DNA of 64,000 nt from Ranitomeya imitator (Eukaryota). Every line of letters begins with the position of its first letter. Within the stretch, counting starts at the first letter, position 1. Under the pieces are notes generated by a model. It did not search any database, had not been told where the DNA came from, and worked only from the letters and a program-made list of their open reading frames with translations. Of this stretch, positions 11,955 through 22,110 are shown piece by piece. The position numbers were made by a program, and so were the translations under genes. The stretch is from assembly GCF_032444005.1 (NCBI RefSeq), contig NC_091284.1, positions 16,554,001-16,618,000 of the forward strand, written 5' to 3'.

Positions 11955-13882
11955 TATATGATCCTACATGATAATACCATGCCGTATATGATCCTATATG
12001 ATAATACCATGCCGTATATGATCCTATATGATAATACCATGCCGTATATGATCCTATATGATAATACCATGCCGTATATGATCCTATATGATAATACCAT
12101 GCCGTATAGGATCCTATATGATAATACCATGCCGTATATGATCCTATATGATAATACCATGCCGTATAGGATCCTATATGATAATACCATGCCGTATAGG
12201 ATCCTACATGATAATACCATGCCGTATATGATCCTATATGATAATACCATGCCGTATAGGATCCTATATGATAATACCATGCCGTATATGATCCTACATG
12301 ATAATACCATGCCGTATAGGATCCCATATGATAATACCATGCCGCATATGATCCTATATGATAATACCATGTCGTATATGATCCTATATGATAATACCAT
12401 GCCGTATAGGATCCTATATGATAATACCATGCCGTATAGGATCCTATATGATAATACCATGCCGTATAGGATCCTACATGATAATACCATGCCGCATATG
12501 ATCCTATATGATAATACCATGCCGTATATGATCCTATATGATAATACCATGCCGCATATGATCCTATATGATAATACCATGCCGTATAGGATCCTATATG
12601 ATAATACCATGCCGTATATGATCCTATATGATAATACCATGCCGTATAGGATCCTATATGATAATACCATGCCGTATATGATCCTACATGATAATACCAT
12701 GCCGTATAGGATCCTATATGATAATACCATGCCGTATAGGATCCTACATGATAATACCATGCCGCATATGATCCTATATGATAATACCATGCCGTATATG
12801 ATCCTATATGATAATACCATGCCGTATATGATCCTATATGATAATACCATGCCATATATGATCCTATATGATAATACCATGCCGTATAGGATCCTACATG
12901 ATAATACCATGCCGTATAGGATCCTATATGATAATACCATGCCGTATATGATCCTATATGATAATACCATGCCGCATATGATCCTATATGATAATACCAT
13001 GCCGCATATGATCCTATATGATAATACCATGCCGTATATGATCCTATATGATAATACCATGCCGTATATGATCCTATATGATAATACCATGCCGTATATG
13101 ATCCTATAGGATAGTACCATACTGTAAAAGACCCTATAGGATAGTGCCATACTATATAATATCCTATCTGGTTATACGGAGCAGAATTGATCTTTGCCCC
13201 TCAGCACCGAGCATTTATAGCGCTGCTGTGCTCCTACCCAGTGACGGCCATACGGGCCCGGTGGTAGCTTCCACCTCTGCAGGTACATTTGGGTATTGTA
13301 TGGACAGATGGGCACTATGGAGGTCAGGTACAAGGGTCACTATCTGTGGTAGAGGCGCGTGCGTTATCACCATCCCCTGACTACACCGCCCCTCATCCAC
13401 ACGGTCATTTCACAACTTCATCACCACTTGTGACCGGTCGAGTTGAGCATCTTCCAAGTAGTAACGGGCGACGCAGCAGAGAAGGGGGCACGGACATAAC
13501 GGGAGGCAGAACGGCGGCGCCCTGTGCGATGCTCGCGCCACGTACCTACGACAGACTACTCCCAGGTCGCCCATGTGCACTGATGGGAGTCGTGCTCCTC
13601 TATCGGAATAGTAACTCCAAATATCTGAAACATCCCAGGAATGAGGTGGTTGCTGATTTGGCACAGCTGGTGGCTTCCTGCTGTTTCTCTGGCTGGCACC
13701 GGTGTACAATGGACAGTATTGTTGTGCAACGAGAAAGAAATAAAATCCCCCCCCCCTTCTGTCTTTTTTTTCCCGGTGCCCACAAGAGGGAGGTTGAGTC
13801 ACGAACAAGTAAAACGAAAGAAGTGACTAAAGTCAGAAAAGTGAGCGGCACCCGGCAGCCTGGGCACACGGCTCCACGTTAC

Positions 13883-14223
13883 CTCGCCCGCCGGGTATTG
13901 GCCTCCATACAACTAAAAAAAGACAAAAAATTGGCAGCTGGACGTACCTGATGTGGAAGCGGCCTCGCTCCGAACTCTGGACTCACCACGATTTCCATAA
14001 ACTCGGCCACTCCCAGTTTATAATACATTATGCATTAATTCCAACATCGGATTGTGCTGCCGGTAGGGGACATTATCGGCAGCAGGTTGTCAGGCAGCTC
14101 TGCCAGCATGTGTGCTGCGCCCCACCCCCTCCATGTGGGCACCAGGCCCGTCACTCACATGACCGGAGGATGACGGGCAGCTGTAGGGGGCGCTATGGGA
14201 GCATGGATATGGCTGCCTCCCAT
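13883..14223 (-). other. Three candidate short exons (14223-14159, 14056-13987, 13912-13883), no recognisable protein
   Basis: Each is bounded by a polypyrimidine-AG acceptor and a GTGAGT or GTAACG donor, with introns of 102 and 74 nt. The middle exon has stops in all frames. Confidence 0.3.
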
Positions 14224-14349
14224 CTGCAACAAAAAAGGGATCTTACTGGGGCTGCAGATGTACCGGCACATAAGACCCCAGTACTATGGGTGGCCAATGA
14301 TAAAGGGTTTTCATTTGGGTCCCACATTACTACTTGAAATTTAAATTAA

Positions 14350-14722
14350 AATGAATCTGTCACCAGGTATTTGCTCACCCATACGATGTAGGGACAGAGA
14401 CCCTGATTCCAGCAGTGTATCACTTACTGCCACAGTTTTGATAAAATCCCTGTTTTCTCTGCTGCAGATGTATCAGTGCTCGGAATGCTGAGCTTTGTAT
14501 AGCCCCGCCCACGCCACTGATTGGCTGCCTATTCACAGCTGCCAATCAGTGGTGGGAGGCGGGGTTGGACTACCTGGCAGCAGGATTGCTAGTCCTCTAG
14601 TGAGAATCTCCTGCTGATTCTATCACAGCCGCAGAAAGCAGCCCAGTAAGTGACACATGACTGGAATCAGAGCATCAGCCTGAACATCATGGTGGTGTCA
14701 AAGATCTAATGACAGATTCCCT
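14350..14722. mobile_element. T2/Kolobok-type MITE
   Basis: TTAA flanks at 14346-49 and 14723-26. TIRs are AATGAATCTGTCA and TGACAGATTCCCT. Confidence 0.8.
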
Positions 14723-14726
14723 TTAA

Positions 14727-15897
14727 AGGGATTGTCCAAGATAAAAAAGGGTCCTTTGTGGGGCTTTATATAAAACCACAAGTACAGTCCCCGTGCCGCC
14801 CCTCTGCCCTGCGGCTAGTGCCCCCCACTGGTCGCCAGCGGAGGACATCAGATGAACCCTGCAGCCGTCACTTATTGTCCGTCAGTCTTCTAAGATTGTA
14901 CGCGATCGCCGCAGCCTTTTAGCAGCTGCTGATTGGCTGAATTGCTCTCCTGATGCTCCTCCCACCAGAACAGAAAGCCATGAGACCGGTGGAGGACACG
15001 ATGGCAGTGTGGAGGACCGGCGGGGGATCCAGGAGTGTTATGAACTGGTGGTTTAGGAGCAACATGGGACGAGCTCTGAAGGAGGTGGTACCTGTACTGA
15101 CCGCAGTCCCTAAGCTCAACACAACACTAGAAGTAGTCGTGGAATGCTCCTAACTCTCCCTAGGCACCTCGTCACAGCCTGAGAACTAACTACCCCTAAA
15201 GATAGGGTTAGGGTTCTCTTGCCTCAGAGAAAATCCCCAAAGGATAGATAGCCCCCCACAAATAATGACTGTGAGTGGAGAGGGAAAAGACATAAACAGA
15301 ATGAAACCAGGATGAGCACAGGAGGCCAGTCTAGCTAAATAGATAGGACAGGACGGAATACTGTGCGGTCAGTATAAAACACTACAAAAATCCACACAGA
15401 GTTTACAAAAATCTCCACACCTGACTAAAGGTGTGGAGGGTAAATCTGCTTCCCAGAGCTTCCAGCTTAACTGAATATATCCATACTGACAAGCTGGACA
15501 AAACATAGAAAGCACAGAACGAATAAGTCCACAACCTGTGGACAGAAAAGGGCAAGCAAGAACTTAACTTTGCTGAACTGGTCAGGATAACAGGGAAATC
15601 CAAGAGAGATGTGAATCCAACCAGGAACCATTGACAAGTGGCACTGGCTGAAGGGAAGAGCCAGGCATAAATAGCCGAGCAGAAAGACAATGAGTGGAAG
15701 CAGCTGCAGACTGCTAAATCCAAGGAGCAGCCATTCCACTTAAAACCACCGGAGGGAGCCCAAGAGCTGAACTCACAAAAGTGCCACTTACAACCACCGG
15801 AGGGAGCCCAAGAGCGGAATTCACAACACAGGAGGTCTGTCAACAACGTCATGGGTCCGTTTTTTAAAAATATTTTTTTTACTAGTGGTCAACCCCT
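14727..15897. mobile_element. T2-type MITE interrupted by a solo LTR
   Basis: TTAA-AGGGATTGTCCA ... TGGTCAACCCCT-TTAA. Shares its left TTAA with the previous MITE. Confidence 0.75.
15036..15828. mobile_element. Solo LTR (793 bp)
   Basis: TGTTATGA...TCACAACA termini (7/8 inverted match), flanked by CAGGAG at 15030-35 and 15829-34. Internal direct repeat ACCACCGGAGGGAGCCCAAGAG occurs twice. Confidence 0.8.
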
Positions 15898-16147
15898 TTA
15901 AGCAGTCGTAGTGATGATGATTGGTTCAAACCCCTTTTGTTACCAGATTGGATAAATTACACTTCAGTCTGACGCGCGATTTGCCAACTGTTGGGGGAAA
16001 CTTTCAGGAGGCGCTCCGCCTGGTTTCCGTGTTCTGGATAATTCCATTGCGGCTCGTTTGCTGCTGCTGACGGAACTCTTGTTCTATGTGTCAATAGGGA
16101 GGAGCTTCTGGAAGAGGAGGAGCTTAAAGATCTAATTGACCTCTTAA

Positions 16148-16307
16148 AGGGGTTTTCTAGCACCGCTGATTTGTGAACCCTGAGGAGTACCTTAAGTAGT
16201 TGGGAGGGCGAGAGGCTCGGAATTAATGCTGCAGCCCCTTTACTTTCAGTATTGTAGACGTCCCAGAGATCAGACGCCCTGTAATCATATTCTAGAGGAA
16301 TACCCCT
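16148..16307. mobile_element. Short T2-type MITE
   Basis: TTAA-AGGGGTTTTCTAG ... CTAGAGGAATACCCCT-TTAA. Confidence 0.75.
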
Positions 16308-16726
16308 TTAAGTGTGACTAATATTGACCCCCTGAATTCTTCATTTTTAAAAGTTGTGGGTGGGTGCGAGGAGTGAGTCCTGATTTTGTGTCGGGGTCCT
16401 GGAAGCCAAAACCACTCTTTACAAGTGTCTTGATTCACCCCCCCCCCAACATATCGAGGCCCTGATCTATTTATCATTTCCATAAACTGATAATCCAGAA
16501 TACTTGACAATCCGCCAATATGACTGTACTTAGACTATATCCGGTGAGTTCTGAGAATTTCTGTGCGGACATGAACAGCGCCCCCCGTGGTCGCAGGCCA
16601 TAGTGCACGTTGCCAGGTCACACATGTGAACACAATACCTGCGGCACGGCTGGCATCATGTCTTCTCCCAGCTCGCCTTCTATATACAGCCCGTCGCCTG
16701 GCACCATATACATTCACACCACTTAC

Positions 16727-16769
16727 ATGGCCGCAGCTCTCTGTACGCCCAGCTCCGAATTTATGGCGT
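16727..16769 (-). other. Candidate 43-nt exon
   Basis: On the minus strand: TTTTCTGTGTCCGTAG acceptor and CAT|GTAAGT donor. Confidence 0.3.
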
Positions 16770-17066
16770 CTACGGACACAGAAAATCTACAGAAAAACTT
16801 TGCGCCAGTCACTTCTTCCAACGTCTCAGGCTTCACCTGCAGTCCCATGTAACACGCCAGCTCACACAATGTGAAGTGAAAATGAGCTGCACCAAGTCAC
16901 AGACACGCACTGCTTCATCTAATAAACCGTCCTGCAGTCCCACGCAAATCAATAGATAACAAATTAGGATATCAGGAAGAGTTGTGTCAAATGACAAACA
17001 CAGCTCTTCTATGTCTGCAAGAAAATCATCATCTGCCTGCAGTCAGTGAACTGAATTATCTCAAAG

Positions 17067-17757
17067 GACAAACCCAGCTCTGCTAACTCAGAGATAACGT
17101 GTCAGGGTTACCTGCTCTCCTATGGAAATCCGCATATGAAGAAGCGACATGACAAACCCAGCTCTGCTAACTCAGAGATAACGCGTCAGGGTTACCTGCT
17201 CTCCTATGGAAATCCGCATATGAAGAAGCGACATGACAAACCCAGCTCTGCTAACTCAGAGATAACGCGTCAGGGTTACCTGCTCTCCTATGGAAATCCG
17301 CATATGAAGAAGCGACATGACAAACCCAGCTCTGCTAACTCAGAGATAACGCGTCAGGGTTACCTGCTCTCCTATGGAAATCCACATATGAAGAGTGCCA
17401 CATGACAAACCCAGCTCTGCTAACTCAGAGATAACGCGTCAGGGTTACCTGCTCTCCTATGGAAATCCGTATATGAAGAAGCGACATGACAAACCCAGCT
17501 CTGTTAACTCAGCGATAACGCGTCAGTGTTACTTGCTCTCCTATGGAAATCCACATATGAAGAAGCCACATGACAAATACAGCTCTGCTAACTCACCGAT
17601 AACGCGTCAGGGTTACCTGCTCTCCTATCGAAATCCGTATATGAAGAAGCCACATGACAAACCCAGCTCTGCTAACTCAGAGATAACGCGTCAGGGTTAC
17701 CTGCTCTCCTATGGAAATCTGCATATGAAGAGTGACACATGACAAACCCAGCTTTGC
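17067..17757. repeat. 84-bp tandem repeat, ~8 copies
   Basis: Unit ACAAACCCAGCTCTGCTAACTCAGAGATAACGCGTCAGGGTTACCTGCTCTCCTATGGAAATCCGCATATGAAGAAGCGACATG. Two units are 1 bp longer. Confidence 0.96.
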
Positions 17758-17870
17758 TACATAATACACTAAAATGTACTTGCATGCTTATTAATTCGCA
17801 TATAAAAGGGTCCAAACACAAAAATTAATTATCACTCTTGCCCTCCCGTCCCGGTAATACCGCCATACCC

Positions 17871-19433
17871 CCAGTGGTGGCAGCGCTCACAGGTCAGTGG
17901 TGGCAGCGCTCACAGGTCAGTGGTGGCAGCGCTCACAGGTCAGTGGTGGCAGCGCTCACAGGTCAGTGGTGGCAGCGCTCACAGGTCAGTGGTGGCAGCG
18001 CTCACAGGTCAGTGGTGGCAGCGCTCACAGGTCAGTGGTGGCAGCGCTCACAGGTCAGTGGTGGCAGCGCTCACAGGTCAGTGGTGGCAGCGCTCACAGG
18101 ACAGTGGTGGCAGCGCTCACAGGACAGTGGTGGCAGCGCTCACAGGTCAATGGTGGCAGCGCTCACAGGTCAGTGGTGGCAGCGCTCACAGGTCAGTGGT
18201 GGCAGCGCTCACAGGTCAGTGGTGGCAGCGCTCACAGGTCAGTGGTGGCAGCGCTCACAGGTCAGTGGTGGCAGCGCTCACAGGTCAGTGGTGGCAGCGC
18301 TCACAGGTCAGTGGTGGCAGCGCTCACAGGTCAGTGGTGGCAGCGCTCACAGGTCAGTGGGGGCAGCGCTCACAGGTCAGTGGTGGCAGCGCTCACAGGT
18401 CAGTGGTGGCAGCGCTCACAGGTCAGTGGTGGCAGCGCTCACAGGTCAGTGGTGGCAGCGCTCACAGGTCAGTGGTGGCAGCGCTCACAGGTCAGTGGTG
18501 GCAGCGCTCACAGGTCAGTGGTGGCAGCGCTCACAGGTCAGTGGTGGCAGCGCTCACAGGTCAGTGGTGGCAGCGCTCACAGGTCAGTGGTGGCAGCGCT
18601 CACAGGTCAGTGGTGGCAGCGCTCACAGGTCAGTGGTGACAGCGCTCACAGGACAGTGGTGGCAGCGCTCACAGGACAGTGGTGGCAGCGCTCACAGGTC
18701 AGTGGTGGCAGCGCTCACAGGTCAGTGGTGGCAGCGCTCACAGGACAGTGGTGGCAGCGCTCACAGGTCAGTGGTGGCAGCGCTCACAGGTCAGTGGTGG
18801 CAGCGCTCACAGGTCAGTGGTGGCAGCGCTCACAGGTCAGTGGTGGCAGCGCTCACAGGTCAGTGGTGGCAGCGCTCACAGGTCAGTGGTGGCAGCGCTC
18901 ACAGGTCAGTGGTGGCAGCGCTCACAGGTCAGTGGTGGCAGCGCTCACAGGTCAGTGGTGGCAGCGCTCACAGGTCAGTGGTGGCAGCGCTCACAGGTCA
19001 GTGGTGGCAGCGCTCACAGGTCAGTGGTGGCAGCGCTCACAGGTCAGTGGTGGCAGCGCTCACAGGTCAGTGGTGGCAGCGCTCACAGGTCAGTGGTGAC
19101 AGCGCTCACAGGACAGTGGTGGCAGCGCTCACAGGACAGTGGTGGCAGCGCTCACAGGTCAGTGGTGGCAGCGCTCACAGGTCAGTGGTGGCAGCGCTCA
19201 CAGGACAGTGGTGGCAGCGCTCACAGGTCAGTGGTGGCAGCGCTCACAGGTCAGTGGTGGCAGCGCTCACAGGACAGTGGTGGCAGCGCTCACAGGTCAG
19301 TGGTGGCAGCGCTCACAGGTCAGTGGTGGCAGCGCTCACAGGTCAGTGGTGGCAGCGCTCACAGGTCAGTGGTGGCAGCGCTCACAGGTCAGTGGTGGCA
19401 GCGCTCACAGGACAGTGGTGGCAGCGCTCACAG
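17871..19433. repeat. 23-bp minisatellite (CAGTGGTGGCAGCGCTCACAGGT)n, ~68 copies
   Basis: Near-perfect periodicity with rare GGACAG and GTGACAG variants. Confidence 0.97.
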
Positions 19434-19806
19434 GGATGACCCCAATATCATCCATGACAGCTACAATGTCTGACTCCACATTCCTCCCACAGTAATGATA
19501 TAATGGGCCTCAGCCCGTCACAAAAATTCTGCATCTCCCAATATACCTTGTAATTCAGCTTCCACCATTCCCAGATCCGTGCTTGCTGTCATTGAATGGA
19601 GACATTCCTGTCTATACCAGGCTTGGCGCAATCTTACAGGCCACATACAAAAAGCTGTTGTTCGAGCCCCCTGATATCATGACCAAGAGTTTGCTACCAT
19701 TGTATCCACCTACTGATAGGATGTCTGTTCTCCTTGATACCTGCACTGGCACACTGTAACAAACTATCAAGGCAGGAATAAATTTTCTTGCTGCTGTAGT
19801 AATTTA

Positions 19807-20562
19807 CAGACATTGGTCTGGACTAATCCATCAGACATTGGTCTGGACTAAACCGTCAGACATTGGTCTGGACTAAACCGTCAGACATTGGTCTGGACTA
19901 AACCGTCAGACATTGGTCTGGACTAAACAGTCAGACATTGGTCTGGACTAAACAGTCAGACATTGGTCTGGACTAAACCATCAGACATTGGTCTGGACTA
20001 AACCGTCAGACATTGGTCTGGACTAATCCATCAGACATTGGTCTGGACTAAACCGTCAGACATTGGTCTGGACTAAACAGTCGGACATTGGTCTGGACTA
20101 ATCCATCAGACATTGGTCTGGACTAAACCGTCAGACATTGGTCTGGACTAAACCGTCAGACATTGGTCTGGACTAAACCGTCAGACATTGGTCTGGACTA
20201 AACAGTCGGACATTGGTCTGGACTAAACCGTCAGACATTGGTCTGGACTAAACAGTCGGACATTGGTCTGGACTAAACCGTCAGACATTGGTCTGGACTA
20301 AACAGTCGGACATTGGTCTGGACTAAACCGTCAGACATTGGTCTGGACTAAACCGTCAGACATTGGTCTGGACTAAACCGTCAGACATTGGTCTGGACTA
20401 ATCCATCAGACATTGGTCTGGACTAAACCATCAGACATTGGTCTGGACTAAACCGTCAGACATTGGTCTGGACTAATCTATCAGACATTGGTCTGGACTA
20501 AACCGTCAGACATTGGTCTGGACTAAACCGTCAGACATTGGTCTGGACTAAACCGTCAGACA
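19807..20562. repeat. 25-bp minisatellite (CAGACATTGGTCTGGACTAAACCGT)n, ~30 copies
   Basis: Direct 25-bp periodicity. Each unit holds the hairpin CAGAC-ATTG-GTCTG. Confidence 0.96.
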
Positions 20563-21173
20563 TACTGAGCCACCATACAGTGTTAACCATGGAGCTACAG
20601 TGCTAACCACTGAACCACCATACAGTGCTAACCACTGAACCACCATACAGTGCTAACCACTGAACCACCATACAGTGCTAACCACTGAGCTACAATGCTA
20701 AGCACTGAGCCACCATAGTAACCACTGAGCCACCATACAGTGCTAACCACTGAGCTACAATGCTAAGCACTGAGCCACCATAGTAACCACTGAGCCACCA
20801 TACAGTGCTAACCACTGAGCCACTGTGCTAACCACTGAGCCACCATAGTAACCACTGAGCCACCATAGTAACCACTGAGCCACCATAGTAACCACTGAAC
20901 CACCATACAGTGCTAACCACTGAGCCACCATAGTAACCACTGAGCCACCATAGTAACCACTGAGCCACCATACAGTGCTAACCACTGAGCCACCGTGGTA
21001 ACCACTGAGCCACCGTGGTAACCACTGAGCCACCATACAGTGCTAACCACTGAGCCACCATAGTAACCACTGAGCCACCATGCAGTGCTAACCACTGAGC
21101 CACCATAGTAACCACTGAGCCACCATACAGTGCTAACCACTGAGCCACCGTGGCAACCACTGAGCCACCATAC
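20563..21173 (-). repeat. 20/25-bp minisatellite built from a tRNA-SINE A-box (GGTGGCTCAGTGGTTAGCAC)
   Basis: Units are TAACCACTGAGCCACCATACAGTGC (25 bp) and TAACCACTGAGCCACCATAG (20 bp). 19/20 identical to the V-SINE head at 25677-25696. Confidence 0.9.
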
Positions 21174-21291
21174 AGGAAAAATGCCCCATGGTCAATGTGT
21201 TAATTTCTGAGATTAGTGAAACTGACTAGTAACAGACTCTCAGCTGTGAGCAGTGATCCATTCTGATGAGATCTTGGCCTATGGATCTTCC

Positions 21292-21469
21292 CAGTGGCGT
21301 AACCTGAAACTCATCGGCCCTGATGCGAAAGCTTCAGCGGGGCCCCCAAATATTTTAAATCTTCAATATCAATAGTCTTTTTCTATAGGCCAAAGGGACT
21401 TTTAGGGCCTCTAGGCTCCCGACCCCGGGTGCTGTGGCCACCCCTGCACCTGTTGTAGTGACACCCCTG
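21292..21469. mobile_element. hAT-type MITE (178 bp)
   Basis: Perfect 8-bp TSD GATCTTCC at 21284-91 and 21470-77. Termini are CAGTGGCGT and ACACCCCTG. Confidence 0.85.
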
Positions 21470-21619
21470 GATCTTCCCGTTCACTGGCAGCAAGCAGAGA
21501 TCTTTAGCAATGCCAGGGATTGATGCACAGAGTATACTAGAATGATGCAGAACTTTTCATTATTCAAAGATTGAGCTTAATTTACATGAAACTGGAAAAC
21601 CCCTTTAAGAACAAGGAGG

Positions 21620-22110
21620 TGGCGGCAACATCACGTCTGTGCCGAGAGCCAGAACCACGACTTTGGTGACTGCGAAAACAGGAAGTGGACGGGTGCGTGG
21701 AGCGATTGGTGGCGGTGCTGCTCCCCGGGCGCACACTAGGTGTCGCCGTCACAGCAGTGTCCTCCTCGCTGGCTCTCCGGTGTCATGGCGGAGCAGGTGA
21801 CATGAAGCCCCCTGGCCACATACGACTCGCCTGGCAGAGCTCCGCTAACCTCACACCACCCCAGTAACCGTGGAGGAGCGCGGCCATGATGGGAGGCGTA
21901 GTGCTTTCTGGATGTTATGTACACAGCTGCAGAGATATTTTTACATCCAGAACACACGTCCCTCTCACCCGTCCCCTCCCGGCCCTCCCGGGAACACGCT
22001 GGGGTACGGGGAGTTGTAGGGACGTCTCATGGGGAAGCAGCAGAACACGTCGGGCTCCATGCACATTGTGCGGACATTATGGGGCAGGAGGAAGCAGCCG
22101 GCGGCCTCAC
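21620..22110. promoter_or_regulatory. CpG-rich promoter-like island, possibly bidirectional
   Basis: High CpG content. ETS-like ACAGGAAGTG at 21678-87. ATGGCGGAGCAG|GTGACA at 21785-21802. ZNF143/SBS-like motifs on the minus strand: ACTACGCCTCCCATCATG (21902-21885) and CTACAACTCCC (~22019-22008). Confidence 0.5.

Larger units (their letters stand above)
4775..13109. repeat. 30-bp AT-rich satellite (ATAATACCATGCCGTATAGGATCCTATATG)n with 27-bp variants, interrupted by CR1, Helitron and Tc1
   Basis: Segments at ~4775-4889, 6151-6435, 7445-10335 and 11955-13109. Most units carry a BamHI site. The DNTMPYRILY ORFs are artefacts. Confidence 0.96.

Noticed and set aside
7261-13150. DNTMPYRILY / AWYYHIGSY repeat ORFs
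   Set aside because: 30-bp satellite, interrupted by TEs and open on both strands.
15905-15975. C/D box snoRNA (GTGATGA ... CTGA)
   Set aside because: Weak terminal stem, the C box is part of a TGA run, and no guide target was recognised.
17067-17757. H/ACA snoRNA array
   Set aside because: Two hairpins and an ACA can be drawn, but there is no ANANNA hinge and the unit is too short.
17067-21173. CRISPR-like regular arrays
   Set aside because: Units abut with no unique spacers, there are no cas genes, and the context is vertebrate.
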